Below are positions 25,255 through 35,468 of a stretch of 64,000 bases of DNA, piece after piece. How positions within the stretch are numbered: position 1 is the first letter of the stretch; every line of letters begins with the position of its first letter. A program made the position numbers and the translations under genes. Below the pieces are notes generated by a model. The model searched no databases. It was given only the letters and a program-made list of their open reading frames with translations, and was not told the origin of the DNA. Source of the stretch: Actinomycetales bacterium (lineage in GTDB: Bacteria; Actinomycetota; Actinomycetes; S36-B12); contig JAGWXF010000011.1 in NCBI GenBank assembly GCA_018970025.1, positions 8,898 through 72,897 on the forward strand, written 5' to 3'.

Positions 25255-26101
25255 CCGCCCGTCGGGTTCGCATGAGGGATTCCTGGACGACGGAGGCGAC
25301 CAGCGTGCCGACCGGGGAGAAAATGAGTCCGCGTGCCAGGCCGTGGCCGGCGCGGGCGACCGGCGTGTCCTGGGCGAACAGTAGCCAGTCGTCGGCACGC
25401 GCCGATGCGTGAAACCACATGGCATGGTCGATCGAGGCCAGCTGCAGCGCGCCGGCTTCCTGCGGATGCGGGCTGATGGCCGTCCGCACCATCGTGAGAT
25501 CGGACAGGTAGGCCAGGGCGCATGCCTGGACGAGCGGATCGTCGGGGAGCTGCTCGGTCGCCCGGATCCATGCAAGCCACTCGTACCGGCCGTCGCGCAG
25601 CGTGGCGGCGTCCGCCGGATTGACGGGCCGCAGGTCGATGAGCGACTCGGCCGGGTAGTCCATCGACTGCGGGTCGGACTGGATCGTCAGGACGAGCGGG
25701 GTGCTGGTCAGGCCCTCGGGAGGCGGTGCGGGTGGCTGCGCGAACTGATGCTCCGGGCCCGGATCGAGGACGGCGAACGATGCCGTCATCATGAAGATCG
25801 TCTCGCCATGCTGGACAGCGCGCACGAAGCGGGTGGAGAAGGAGCCACCGTCGCGTGGGCGATCCACCAGGTAGGTGATCGTGTCCTTCGTCTGGCCGGG
25901 CCGCAGGAAGTAGCCGTGCAGCGAGTGCACCGTGCGGCCGGGCGCATCCACCGTCGTGCCGGCCGCCATGAGCGACTGGGCGGCGATCTGCCCGCCGTAG
26001 GCACGCAGGGGAGCGCCTGAGTGGCAGGTGCCGGTGAAGATATCCCGGTCGACGCGATCCAGGGTGAGACGGTCCAGGAAGCTGTCGCCGGCGGCAGGCA
26101 C
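25238..26101 (-). CDS. tesB: acyl-CoA thioesterase II
   Basis: ORF 25238..26260; GTG 26101 (VPAAGDSFLDRLTLDRVDRDIFTG...) gives a TesB-sized protein of about 287 aa. Double hot-dog motifs (…YGGQIAAQSL…HSLHGYFLRPG…). Confidence 0.85.
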   Translation of the reverse strand: MPAAGDSFLDRLTLDRVDRDIFTGTCHSGAPLRAYGGQIAAQSLMAAGTTVDAPGRTVHSLHGYFLRPGQTKDTITYLVDRPRDGGSFSTRFVRAVQHGETIFMMTASFAVLDPGPEHQFAQPPAPPPEGLTSTPLVLTIQSDPQSMDYPAESLIDLRPVNPADAATLRDGRYEWLAWIRATEQLPDDPLVQACALAYLSDLTMVRTAISPHPQEAGALQLASIDHAMWFHASARADDWLLFAQDTPVARAGHGLARGLIFSPVGTLVASVVQESLMRTRRAVSEPG

Positions 26102-26118
26102 GACAGCACTGTACGCAG

Positions 26119-26826
26119 TCAGGATGCCTGCGGTGCTCCGGCTCGTGGGCAGACCCGCACGTAGGCAAGGTCGATCACCGGCCGGCCGGCATCGAGGGCC
26201 TGCTGCTCGTAGCGAGTGATCGGACGCCAGGCCGGCCGGTCGATCTGCCCGCCATCCCACTGGTCACTGCCATCGAGGATGCCGGACGCGTGATCGGCGT
26301 ATGCCGCCGAGTCGGTGGCCAGGTACCACATGCCGGCCTCGACCGTCCGGGCAGCCACCAGTGCGGCGTTCGCCGCGGTCACCAGGCGACGCTTGTGATG
26401 GCGTGCCTTCGGCCAGGGATCGGGGAAGTAGGTGCGCACCTGGCTCAAGGCCGCGTCGGGGATCCCTTCGTGCAGGACGTCGAGGGCGTCGGCCTCGATC
26501 ACCCGCACGTTGCCGAGCCCGGCATCGCGGATCCGCCACAGCAGGTCGCCGACGCCCGGCGTATGGACGTCCACGGCCAGGATGCCGGCATCCGGCGCTT
26601 GTTGCGCGAGCGCGACGGTGGCGGCGCCGGTGCCGAATCCGATCTCCAGGATGACCGGCCGGCCGCCGAAGCAGCCGGCGAGGTCGATGCGCTCCTGCGG
26701 CCAGTCCAGCAGCAGGCCGTCGTCGACGGCCAGGGCCGTCGCCTGTCGCGGGGTGACCCGGCCCCGCCTGGGCTTGTAGGTCCGGATCCGGGCACGCGGC
26801 CGGCCCGGGAGCGCCTCTGCTGGCAT
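26119..26826 (-). CDS. trmB: tRNA (guanine-N7)-methyltransferase
   Basis: …RIRTYKPRRGRVTPRQ…VILEIGFGTGAATVALA…VRTYFPDPWPKARHHKRR…, typical TrmB motifs. Confidence 0.85.
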   Translation of the reverse strand: MPAEALPGRPRARIRTYKPRRGRVTPRQATALAVDDGLLLDWPQERIDLAGCFGGRPVILEIGFGTGAATVALAQQAPDAGILAVDVHTPGVGDLLWRIRDAGLGNVRVIEADALDVLHEGIPDAALSQVRTYFPDPWPKARHHKRRLVTAANAALVAARTVEAGMWYLATDSAAYADHASGILDGSDQWDGGQIDRPAWRPITRYEQQALDAGRPVIDLAYVRVCPRAGAPQAS

Positions 26827-26835
26827 GGTCAGGGC

Positions 26836-27549
26836 TCAGCAGTCGACGCGCAGGTCGACCGGGCTGTTGATCCGATGGCGGCGGTCGGCATCGATGCGCC
26901 AGGCCGACTGCCGTCCGCGCACGCGAAAGCTCCACGTCGGCGACTCGGCTGGCTCGCCCAGCAGTGCGGTGTCCTCGTCGATGCCGATGACCAGGTGGGC
27001 TGGCGACACCAGCGGCCGCATGGCGAAGTCCGGGATCCACCGGGCATACCGGTCGAAGTGGGGCAGGACTCGGATCTCCGGCACGACGCCCAGGCCCTCG
27101 GTGCCGCCTCGGCGAGGATGCCGGAAGTCCGGCACGTAGCCGGCCAGTGCCATCGCCCCCGCGCTGCAGCCGGCCAGGGACGCGCCTGCCAGCCATGCCT
27201 GCCGGATCGCCCGCCACACCGCCGTCCCCTGCAGGGTTCGCACCAGGTGCATGGGGTTGCCCCCGGAGAGGTACACCAGGCCGGCACCGGCGATGGCATC
27301 GGCCCATTCCGGCTGCTCGGCGTCGGGCCTGGTGCGCACGTCGATGACGACCTGCTCGACCCCGAGGCGCTGCGCGGCCGTGGCGCCGAGGTCGTGCCAG
27401 TGCTGCAGGGATGCCGCGCCCTCGGGCGCGGCCGCAGTGGCCAGCTGGACGTACCTGCCGGGCCGGCCGTCCAGCAGCCAGCCCTCGACCTCCTGCATGA
27501 CGGGCAGGTACTCGCCGCTGCCCACCAGGGCGATTCGTCCGGCTGCCAT
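26836..27549 (-). CDS. peptidase S51 / type-1 glutamine-amidotransferase-like protein (cyanophycinase/dipeptidase E family)
   Basis: ORF 26836..27570; start set at ATG 27549 (MAAGRIALVGSGEY...). Motifs YLSGGNP and nucleophile elbow GCSAGAM. Confidence 0.7.
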   Translation of the reverse strand: MAAGRIALVGSGEYLPVMQEVEGWLLDGRPGRYVQLATAAAPEGAASLQHWHDLGATAAQRLGVEQVVIDVRTRPDAEQPEWADAIAGAGLVYLSGGNPMHLVRTLQGTAVWRAIRQAWLAGASLAGCSAGAMALAGYVPDFRHPRRGGTEGLGVVPEIRVLPHFDRYARWIPDFAMRPLVSPAHLVIGIDEDTALLGEPAESPTWSFRVRGRQSAWRIDADRRHRINSPVDLRVDC

Positions 27550-27590
27550 GTGCCGACTGTAGGCGCCCATGTCTCCCTCTGGGTCAACCC

Positions 27591-27606
27591 ATACCTAGCC
27601 GGGTAT
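27591..27606. promoter_or_regulatory. candidate CsoR-family operator (ATACC-N6-GGTAT, nested in AACCC...GGGTT 27586-27616)
   Basis: The dyad lies 16 nt upstream of the csoR-like ATG, in the divergent intergenic region. It resembles the GC-rich ATACC...GGTAT operators known for CsoR-family repressors. Confidence 0.4.
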
Positions 27607-27612
27607 CAGTAG

Positions 27613-27882
<270 letters not shown>

Positions 27883-27901
27883 AGCACTGGGCGGTCGCCT
27901 G

Positions 27902-29044
27902 ATGGAGGAGCCGTTGGACGTCGCTCAGATGCGGGCCCGGACCAGTGCGAAGTGGCGTGCCTTCCCGCCGGATGTCATCCCGGCCTGGATTGCCGAGATG
28001 GACGTCGCGCTCGCCGAGCCGATCGCTGCCGCGCTGCACGATGCCGTCCGCAGGTCCGACACCGGCTACCGCTGGCCCGGTGACCTGCCCGATGCACTGG
28101 CGCAGTTCGCGTCGCAACGCTGGGGCTGGCAGGTCGACCCGCAGCACGTGCTGCTGCTGCCGGACGTCATCACCTGCATGCGCCAGTCCATCGAGGCGCT
28201 GACCGAGCCGGGGGCGGGCATCGTGATCAACCCGCCCGTCTATCCGCCGTTCTTCAGCACCATCGCGCAGGCCGGGCGCAGGGTCGTCGAGGTACCTCTG
28301 GTGGCAGATGCCGCAGGCCGGCTCGCCCTGGACCTGCCGGGCATCGAGCGGGCGTTCGCCATGCCCGAGGTCGGCGGCTACCTGCTCTGCAATCCGCACA
28401 ACCCCACCGGTGCGGTCCTGCCGCGCGAAGCGCTCGAGCGGATCAGCCACGCAGCGCAGGCGACCGGCGTGGTCGTGATCGCGGACGAGATCCACGCGCC
28501 GCTGGCCTATCCCGGGGTGCAGCATGTGCCGTACCTGACCGTGGCACCGCCGACAGCGCCCGCGGTAAGCCTGCTGTCGGCGTCCAAGGGCTGGAACCTG
28601 GCAGGCCTGAAGTGCGCCCAGGTCGTCGCCGGATCGCCCGCGTGCATGGAGCGACTGCAGGAGCGGATCCCGATGGAGGCGCAGTTCACCACCGGCCACT
28701 TCGGCGTCCTGGCCTCGATCGCGGCCTATCGCGAGGGCATCGACTGGCTCGATGCCACCGTCCTGGACCTGCAGGCCAATGCCCGCCTGCTCGCGGGCCT
28801 CATCGACCGACAGCTCCCGGGCGTGCGCTACCAGGTGCCTGATGCCTCCTACCTGGCCTGGCTCGACCTGCGTGCCCTCGGCCTCGGCGATGACCCGAGC
28901 GCAGTGATCCTCGAGCAGGCCCGGGTCGCCCTGAGCGCCGGCCCGACCTTCGGCTCGCCGGGCGAGGGATTCGCCCGGCTCAACTTCGGCACCAGCCCCC
29001 AGACGCTTCAGGCCATCGTGGCGCGGATGTCCGTCCTGACCTGA
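27902..29044 (+). CDS. PatB/MalY-type PLP-dependent C-S lyase (cystathionine beta-lyase family)
   Basis: ORF 27875..29044 overlaps the csoR-like stop; ATG 27902 (MEEPLDVAQMRARTSAKWRAFPPDVIPAWIAEMD...) is the family-typical N-terminus. The PLP-lysine context is SASKGWNLAGLK. Confidence 0.85.
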   Translation: MEEPLDVAQMRARTSAKWRAFPPDVIPAWIAEMDVALAEPIAAALHDAVRRSDTGYRWPGDLPDALAQFASQRWGWQVDPQHVLLLPDVITCMRQSIEALTEPGAGIVINPPVYPPFFSTIAQAGRRVVEVPLVADAAGRLALDLPGIERAFAMPEVGGYLLCNPHNPTGAVLPREALERISHAAQATGVVVIADEIHAPLAYPGVQHVPYLTVAPPTAPAVSLLSASKGWNLAGLKCAQVVAGSPACMERLQERIPMEAQFTTGHFGVLASIAAYREGIDWLDATVLDLQANARLLAGLIDRQLPGVRYQVPDASYLAWLDLRALGLGDDPSAVILEQARVALSAGPTFGSPGEGFARLNFGTSPQTLQAIVARMSVLT

Positions 29045-29095
29045 TCAAGGCTCCCACATGACCGCCGGAGCCGACCGCGCGCGTAGGGTCGCGGG

Positions 29096-29680
29096 ATGGT
29101 TCGGCTGCTGGCGGGGCGCTCGGTCAGGCGACTGACGGCCGCGGGCCTGGCCTGCGTCATGGCGGCGAGTGTCTGGACGATCCTGCCGGCCGGCGAGGCG
29201 GACGCTGCTGAGCCGCCGCCGGGCGTGATGGCCATCGGCGACTCCATCATGCTCGGTGCGCGCTGGCTGCTGCGCCGGGATGGCGTGCGCGTCGACGCGC
29301 GGGTCAGCCGGCAGGCGACCAGTGCACCGGGGATCATGCGTCGGATGGGAGCGCGGCTGCCGGCCGTCGTCGTCGTCCATCTCGGCACGAACGGCACCTT
29401 CCCCTCGTCGACCTGCCGGGACATCGTCCGCATCGCTGGCCCGAATCGGCGGGTCTACCTGCTGACGATCAAGGTGCCCCGGCGCTGGGAGCGGTCCAAC
29501 AATGCGGCCATCCGTGCCTGCGCCCGGCAGCATCCAGACCGGGTGAGCGTCATCGACTGGAACTGGGCGGCATCCCGGCACCGTGGCTGGCTCTACGGCG
29601 ACGGGTTCCACCTGCGGCCGGACGGGGCTCGCGGATACGCGCGTGTGATCCACGACGCACTGGCCAGGAGCCAGGGCTAG
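29096..29680 (+). CDS. secreted SGNH/GDSL-type hydrolase
   Basis: Signal peptide, then block I MAIGDSIML, block III HLGTNG and block V DGFHL. Confidence 0.7.
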   Translation: MVRLLAGRSVRRLTAAGLACVMAASVWTILPAGEADAAEPPPGVMAIGDSIMLGARWLLRRDGVRVDARVSRQATSAPGIMRRMGARLPAVVVVHLGTNGTFPSSTCRDIVRIAGPNRRVYLLTIKVPRRWERSNNAAIRACARQHPDRVSVIDWNWAASRHRGWLYGDGFHLRPDGARGYARVIHDALARSQG

Positions 29681-29806
29681 TCGCACGCTGTGTGTTTGCT
29701 CACTTGTCACCGCTTTCATGGCGCTCCACGGCATGCACGCCCGTCGAGCAGGAGCATCCTTGGCAGACGCCCCGACGAGGCGTCTGCTGCGACCCGAGGA
29801 GTCCGC

Positions 29807-31636
29807 ATGACCGTGCCAGGCCTAGAGCATCCGCCAACGAAGAACAAGCAGTTGCTCGAGTGGGTCGAGGAGGTCGCCGCCCTCGCCGAGCCCGATCGGG
29901 TCGAGTGGTGCGATGGCTCGCAGGAGGAGTGGGATCGGCTTACCGAGGCCATGGTGGATGCCGGGACGTTCATCAGGCTCAATCCGGACCTGCGGCCCAA
30001 CTCGTTCCTGGCACGGTCGAATCCCAGTGACGTGGCGCGCGTGGAGGACCGTACATTCATCTGCTCGCAGCGGGAGCAGGATGCAGGTCCGACGAACAAC
30101 TGGGCTGATCCCGGCGAGATGCGCGCAACCCTTCGCGGGCTCTTCGCCGGCTGCATGCGCGGGCGCACGATGTACGTGGTGCCCTTCTCGATGGGCCCGC
30201 TCGGATCGCGCATCTCCCAGCTGGGCGTGGAGATCACCGACTCTGCGTACGTCGTGGTCAACATGCGGATCATGACGCGGATGGGGCGGGCGGCCCTGGA
30301 CCAGATCGGCGAGCATGGCGACTTCGTCCCGGCGGTGCACTCCGTCGGGTACCCGCTCATCGACGGCAATGGGCTGAGCAGGGCGGACGTGTCGTGGCCC
30401 TGCAATGACGCCAAGTACATCGTCCACTTCCCGGAGACCCGCGAGATCTGGTCCTTCGGCAGCGGCTACGGCGGCAACGCGCTGCTCGGCAAGAAGTGCT
30501 TCGCCCTGCGCATCGCGTCGGCGATGGCCCGCGACGGGGGCTGGCTGGCCGAGCACATGCTCATCCTGAAGCTCACCTCGCCCCAGGGCTCCGTCCACTA
30601 CATCACCGCCGCCTTCCCCTCGGCCTGCGGCAAGACGAACCTGGCCATGCTGGAGCCCACGGTCGACGGCTGGACGGTGGAGACGATCGGCGATGACATC
30701 GCCTGGATGCGGTTCGGCGAGGACGGCCGGCTGTACGCGATCAACCCGGAGGCCGGCTTCTTCGGCGTTGCCCCGGGCACCGGCATGCAGACCAACGCCA
30801 ATGCGGTGCGCACGCTGGACGCCAACTGCATCTACACCAATGTCGCGCTCACCGATGACGGTGACATCTGGTGGGAGGGGCTCACCGCCGAGGCGCCGGC
30901 GCACCTGATCGACTGGAAGGGCCAGGACTGGACCCCGGCGTCGGCGGAGCCGTCCAGCCACCCCAATGCGCGCTTCACCGCACCGGCCGGCCAGTGCCCG
31001 TCCATCGCGCCGAACTGGGAGGACCCGGCCGGGGTCCCGATCGACGCGATCCTGTTCGGCGGGCGCCGGGCAACGAACGTCCCGCTGGTGAACGAGTCCT
31101 TCGACTGGACCCACGGCGTGTTCATGGGCTCGACCGTCTCCAGCGAGATGACGGCTGCTGCCGTCGGAGGCGTGGGGCAGCTGCGACGCGATCCCTTCGC
31201 GATGCTCCCCTTCTGCGGCTACAACATGGCCGACTACTGGGGGCACTGGCTGACGGTCGGCGGCTTCACCTCGCCGGAGAAGCTGCCGAGGATCTACGCG
31301 GTCAACTGGTTCCGCAAGGACGCGGACGGCAGGTTTATCTGGCCGGGCTACGGCGAGAATTCCCGGGTGCTGGAGTGGATCATCAAGCGGCTGGACGGGA
31401 CTGCCGAGGCAGTCGAGACGCCGATCGGCCGGCTCCCGGCCGCCGGAGCGCTGGACTTCGATGGCCTGGGCCTCAGCGACGAGCAGGTCGCAGAGCTGTT
31501 CGCCGTCGATCCGGTGACCTGGCTGGCCGAGGCGGATCTCACCGAGGAGTACTTCGCGATGTTCGGGGACCGGGTGCCACCGGCACTCACCGAGCAGCTC
31601 GCTGCGCTCCGCGAGCGGCTGCTCGCAGCGGGCTAG
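29807..31636 (+). CDS. pckG: phosphoenolpyruvate carboxykinase (GTP)
   Basis: ORF 29690..31636; ATG 29807 is preceded by [44 protein letters not shown]... and the P-loop [13 protein letters not shown]; 609 aa. Confidence 0.95.
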   Translation: MTVPGLEHPPTKNKQLLEWVEEVAALAEPDRVEWCDGSQEEWDRLTEAMVDAGTFIRLNPDLRPNSFLARSNPSDVARVEDRTFICSQREQDAGPTNNWADPGEMRATLRGLFAGCMRGRTMYVVPFSMGPLGSRISQLGVEITDSAYVVVNMRIMTRMGRAALDQIGEHGDFVPAVHSVGYPLIDGNGLSRADVSWPCNDAKYIVHFPETREIWSFGSGYGGNALLGKKCFALRIASAMARDGGWLAEHMLILKLTSPQGSVHYITAAFPSACGKTNLAMLEPTVDGWTVETIGDDIAWMRFGEDGRLYAINPEAGFFGVAPGTGMQTNANAVRTLDANCIYTNVALTDDGDIWWEGLTAEAPAHLIDWKGQDWTPASAEPSSHPNARFTAPAGQCPSIAPNWEDPAGVPIDAILFGGRRATNVPLVNESFDWTHGVFMGSTVSSEMTAAAVGGVGQLRRDPFAMLPFCGYNMADYWGHWLTVGGFTSPEKLPRIYAVNWFRKDADGRFIWPGYGENSRVLEWIIKRLDGTAEAVETPIGRLPAAGALDFDGLGLSDEQVAELFAVDPVTWLAEADLTEEYFAMFGDRVPPALTEQLAALRERLLAAG

Positions 31637-31726
31637 TCGCCTGCGCCGAGTTCGACTTCCGCAGGCTCGTCGCCTGCGCCGAGTTCGACTTCCGCAGGCT
31701 CGTCGCCTGCGCCGAGTTCGACTCCC
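31636..31726. repeat. 33-bp tandem repeat x ~2.7, each unit a hairpin (GCCTGCG-N14-CGCAGGC)
   Basis: GTCGCCTGCGCCGAGTTCGACTTCCGCAGGCTC occurs at 31636-31668 and 31669-31701, with a partial third copy from 31702. It fills the whole gap between convergent pckG and the OTCase gene. Confidence 0.95.
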
Positions 31727-31733
31727 CGCGCCG

Positions 31734-32768
31734 CTAGGCCGGGTCGCTTGCGGCGCTAGCGGTCGAAGTCGGCGCTGGGGTGGCGAGGGTCTCGACAAGC
31801 AGCGCCTTGATCGTGTGCATCCGGTTCTCGGCCTGGTCGAACACGATGCTCGCCGCCGACTCGAACACCTCATCGCTGACCTCGACGCCATCGAGGAGGC
31901 CGAAGCGCTCGGCGACCTGCCGCCCGACCGTGGTCCGCTGATCGTGATAGGCGGGCAGGCAGTGCATGAACCTCGTCCCGGGCCTGCCGGTCAGCGACAT
32001 CAGGTGACGGTCGACCCGGTAGGGCCGCAGCAGGTCGACACGCTCACTCCAGGCGTCCGCAGGCTCGCCCATCGAGACCCAGACATCCGTGTGGACGAAG
32101 TCCACTCCGGCGAGCCCTTCGCGGGGGTCGTTGGTGATCGTGATCGACGCGCCGCTTGCCTGGGCCCGTGCCCGGGCGAGCTGGACGATGTCATCCTGGG
32201 GCCAGAGTGCCTGCGGGGCGATGATGCGCACATCCGACCCCATGATGGCCCCCATCACCAGCAGGGAGTTGCCCATGTTGAAGCGGGCATCCCCGATGTA
32301 GGCGTAGCACAGCCGCCCGTGCGGTGCGTGCTCGTGCATGGTCATGAAGTCCGCGAGCACCTGCGTCGGATGCCAGCGGTCGGTGAGCCCGTTGTAGACG
32401 GGGACCGTCGCCGCGGAGGCGAGCTCGACGACGTCGGAGTGGTGGGAACCGCGGAACTCGATCGCATCGAAGACCCGCGACAGCACCCGAGCCGTATCAG
32501 CCACCGACTCCTTGTGGCCGATCTGCGAGGTGGTCCCATCAAGCACGGTCGTGCGCGCACCCTGCTGCGCCGCCGCGACCTCGAAGGCGATCCGCGTACG
32601 CGTGGAGGACTTCTCGAAGACCAGGGCGATGTGCCGGCCCGTGAGCAGCGGTCGCTCCGTGCCTGCCAGGCGCGACGCCTTTAGCTCGGCGGCCCGGGTG
32701 AGCAGCAGCTGAAGCTCGGCGTGGCTGAAGTCGTCCTCCTGGATGAAGTCACGACCGAACAGGCTCAC
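31734..32768 (-). CDS. argF: ornithine carbamoyltransferase
   Basis: Motifs STRTR, HPTQ, HCLPAYH and the DxxxSMG-type VWVSMG. 344 aa with a Thr/Ala/Ser-rich tail. Anabolic versus catabolic (arcB-like) role cannot be decided from sequence. Confidence 0.9.
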   Translation of the reverse strand: MSLFGRDFIQEDDFSHAELQLLLTRAAELKASRLAGTERPLLTGRHIALVFEKSSTRTRIAFEVAAAQQGARTTVLDGTTSQIGHKESVADTARVLSRVFDAIEFRGSHHSDVVELASAATVPVYNGLTDRWHPTQVLADFMTMHEHAPHGRLCYAYIGDARFNMGNSLLVMGAIMGSDVRIIAPQALWPQDDIVQLARARAQASGASITITNDPREGLAGVDFVHTDVWVSMGEPADAWSERVDLLRPYRVDRHLMSLTGRPGTRFMHCLPAYHDQRTTVGRQVAERFGLLDGVEVSDEVFESAASIVFDQAENRMHTIKALLVETLATPAPTSTASAASDPA

Positions 32769-32825
32769 TGGCGAACGCTAGCAGTCGCCGCCCGGCATGA
32801 GGTGCCCGCGGACGGCCCGTCTCGG

Positions 32826-33197
32826 TCAGGCGATGCCCAAGGCGCGCGGCGAGATGGCCTCCGCGATCTCGCGTGCGGCAGCCCTGGCGCCCTCCCCCTC
32901 GCGCCGGGGGTAGTGGCGGGCATCGAGCCGGGCATAGATCTGCTCGCGGTCCTCCTCGGACAGGCCCCCCCAGACGCCGTACGGCTCGCGCGCGCGGACG
33001 GCGTAGTCGGCGCACTCGACCCGGACGGGGCAGGAGGCACAGATGAGCTTCGCCGCTCGATCGCGGCGGAGCCGGGCTGAGCCCCGCTCGTTCTGCGGGT
33101 GGAAGAACAGCAGCGGGTCAGCGCTGCGGCAGGACCCATAGTCCTGCCAGAACCACCGGGCATCCGTGGGGACTTGGGCAAGTGGCTGCTGAGGCAT
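32826..33197 (-). CDS. WhiB-family Fe-S transcription factor
   Basis: ORF 32826..33254; start set at ATG 33197 (MPQQPLAQVPTDARWFWQDYGSC...). Cys pattern C-x(n)-C-x2-C-x5-C (GSC…ICASCPVRVEC) and GVWGG. Confidence 0.85.
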   Translation of the reverse strand: MPQQPLAQVPTDARWFWQDYGSCRSADPLLFFHPQNERGSARLRRDRAAKLICASCPVRVECADYAVRAREPYGVWGGLSEEDREQIYARLDARHYPRREGEGARAAAREIAEAISPRALGIA

Positions 33198-33328
33198 GGC
33201 TCGACGGTAGGCGAACCCGACGCCCGCACCTATGGACGAAGGTCCTGAGCTCACCGGGATAAGGCCCCGACCTGCCCGGTCGCAGCGACATGCAGGGACG
33301 CTGCAGCAGCCCGCCTACACTCCGTGAC

Positions 33329-33613
33329 ATGAGCACGCCGACCACCGCCCCGCTGCAGACCCCTGGCCTTGCCGGCGACACCCTGCTCGAGGAACGCACC
33401 GATCACGGCCTCGACGATGGCGATCACGAGCGCTTCGCGCACTACGTGCAGAAGGCCAAGGTCGTGGAGAGTGCGGTGACGGGCAAGCCGATCCGGGCGC
33501 TCTGCGGCAAGGTCTGGGTGCCGAACCGGGATCCGTCCAAGTTCCCGATCTGCCCGGACTGCAAGAAGATCCACGACGGGCTGCCGCCGGGGAAGCCGGC
33601 TGACGGGTCCTGA
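33329..33613 (+). CDS. DUF3039 domain protein
   Basis: ATG 33329 (MSTPTTAPL...). …HYVQKAKVVESAVTGKPIRALCGKVWVPNRDPSKFPICPDCKKI… is typical of DUF3039. Confidence 0.75.
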   Translation: MSTPTTAPLQTPGLAGDTLLEERTDHGLDDGDHERFAHYVQKAKVVESAVTGKPIRALCGKVWVPNRDPSKFPICPDCKKIHDGLPPGKPADGS

Positions 33614-33656
33614 CCCGATCGTGCGCGCTGGCGGCTCATGCGCCACAATTCCCGGC

Positions 33657-34586
33657 ATGACCTCTCCCCTGAAGCCTGTCCTGCCCTTCATTGCCCTCGG
33701 CGCCGCGCTGCTGCTCGCAGCGTGTGCCCAGGAGGGCTCGAGCGCGCCAGCGACCTCCGCTGCGGCATCCAGCGCTGCGGCAAGCGCGGCGGCCCCGAGC
33801 TCGGCCGCCCCGGCTGCGTCCGAGCCGGCACTTGATGACTGCGCTCCGCAGAACCTGACGACGCTGGAGCCCGGCAAGCTGACCATCGGCACGGATTCCC
33901 CCGCCTATCCGCCATACTTCATGGACGACGACCCCTCCAACGGCCAGGGATTCGAGTCGGCCGTCGCCTACGCGGTCGCCGAGGGCCTGGGCTTCAAGCC
34001 GGCCGACGTGAGCTGGACGGTCGTGCCGTTCAACTCGTCCTACGCCCCCGGCGACAAGGACTTCGACTTCGACATCAACCAGATCTCGATCACGCCCGAG
34101 CGAGCCGAGGTCGTCGACTTCTCCGATGGCTACTACACCGTGAACCAGGCGGTTATCGCCCTGAAGGACTCGCCGATCGCCAAGGCCACGTCGGTCGCAG
34201 ACCTCAAGGAGGCCAACCTCGGTGCGCAGGTCGGCACCACGAGCCTGGACTTCATCAACACCGTGGTGCAGCCCAGCAACCAGGCGCAGGTGTTCAACGA
34301 CACCAATGACGCGAAGTCGGCGATGAATAACGGCCAGATCGACGGCCTGGTCGTCGACCTGCCGACCGCCTACTACATCACCGCCGTCGAGATCCCCGAC
34401 GCATCGATCATCGGCCAGTTCCCCGCTCAGGAGGGTGGCGAGCAGTTCGGCATGCTCTTCCAGAAGGGCAATCCGCTGGCGGCCTGCGTCAACAAGGTGC
34501 TCGGCGACCTCAAGGACGCCGGCACCCTGCAGTCGATCCAGGACGAGTGGCTGGCCGGCACCACCGCCCCGTACTTCAAGCAGTAG
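33657..34586 (+). CDS. polar amino-acid ABC transporter substrate-binding lipoprotein
   Basis: ATG 33657 (MTSPLKPVLPFIALGAALLLAAC = lipobox), an Ala/Ser linker, then a family-3 SBP domain (…LTIGTDSPAYPPYF…). Confidence 0.85.
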   Translation: MTSPLKPVLPFIALGAALLLAACAQEGSSAPATSAAASSAAASAAAPSSAAPAASEPALDDCAPQNLTTLEPGKLTIGTDSPAYPPYFMDDDPSNGQGFESAVAYAVAEGLGFKPADVSWTVVPFNSSYAPGDKDFDFDINQISITPERAEVVDFSDGYYTVNQAVIALKDSPIAKATSVADLKEANLGAQVGTTSLDFINTVVQPSNQAQVFNDTNDAKSAMNNGQIDGLVVDLPTAYYITAVEIPDASIIGQFPAQEGGEQFGMLFQKGNPLAACVNKVLGDLKDAGTLQSIQDEWLAGTTAPYFKQ

Positions 34587-34592
34587 CGCTCC

Positions 34593-35468
34593 TTGAGCGC
34601 TGATGCGCTTGCTCCCGCACCCGGCGAGTCGGTTCCCTATGTCGACCCGATTCGCCGGGCGCGGGTGCGCCAGCGAGCACGACGCAATGCCCTGGTTGGC
34701 ATGGCAAGCCTGGTCGGCTTCGTCGTCGTCATCAGCCTGCTGGTGTCCCGCACTCCCGGGTGGCCGGCCGTCCAGGAGACGTTCTTCAACGGCGAGGAGT
34801 TCGTCGCAACCTTCCCCGGCCTGCTGGAGGCCTTCTGGCTGAACGTCCGGATCTTCCTCGTGGCTGAGCCGCTGATCCTCGTGCTTGGCCTGCTGGTGGC
34901 GCTGGCCAGGAACCTGCGCGCGCCGGTTTTCCTGCCCATTCGTGTCCTGGCCACCGCCTATGTGGACGTATTCCGCGGCATCCCCACCATCCTGGTGATC
35001 TTCCTGCTGGGCTTCGGCGTGCCCGCCCTGCGACTGCAGGGGGTGCCGAACGAGGCCGTCTTCTGGGGCACGATGGCATTGGTGCTGTCCTACGGTGCCT
35101 ACGTCGCGGAGGTCTTCCGGGCCGGGATCGATTCGGTGCATCCCAGTCAGCGCATGGCTGCGCGGTCCCTCGGGCTCTCCGCCTTCCAGACCGACCGGCA
35201 CGTCGTGCTCCCGCAGGCCGTGCGCAATGTCGTGCCCCCGCTGATGAACGACTTCATCTCGTTGCAGAAGGACACCGCCCTCGTCGCGGTGCTCGGGCCC
35301 ATCGAGGTGCTGCGGCAGGCGCAGATCGATGCCTCGTTCAACTTCAACTACACCCCGTACGTAGGCGCTGCGCTGATCTTCATTTCCCTGACGATCCCGA
35401 TGACCAGGCTCGCCGACTGGCTGCAGGCGCGGACGGCTCGGCGCCGACGGGCTGGGAGCATGGCGTGA
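34593..35468 (+). CDS. amino-acid ABC transporter permease (His/Glu/Gln/Arg/opine family)
   Basis: Multi-TM with the EAA-like loop …MAARSLGLSAFQTDRHVVLPQAVRNVVPPLMNDFISLQKDTALV…. TTG start at 34593 is uncertain. Confidence 0.85.
   Translation: MSADALAPAPGESVPYVDPIRRARVRQRARRNALVGMASLVGFVVVISLLVSRTPGWPAVQETFFNGEEFVATFPGLLEAFWLNVRIFLVAEPLILVLGLLVALARNLRAPVFLPIRVLATAYVDVFRGIPTILVIFLLGFGVPALRLQGVPNEAVFWGTMALVLSYGAYVAEVFRAGIDSVHPSQRMAARSLGLSAFQTDRHVVLPQAVRNVVPPLMNDFISLQKDTALVAVLGPIEVLRQAQIDASFNFNYTPYVGAALIFISLTIPMTRLADWLQARTARRRRAGSMA

Noticed and set aside
24262-25575. 437-aa minus-strand ORF
   Set aside because: Antisense to the DUF554 membrane-protein gene and out of frame with tesB. No motifs.
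31636-31726. 33-bp repeats (and the G-run tract at 37755-37824) considered as a CRISPR array
   Set aside because: The repeats are directly tandem with no unique spacers, there are fewer than 3 copies, and there are no cas genes. The G-tract is low-complexity rather than repeat-spacer.
29822-31891. 689-aa minus-strand ORF
   Set aside because: Antisense to pckG, whose identity is unambiguous. It also runs through the 33-bp repeat array, producing repeated RRRRACGSRT peptide artefacts.
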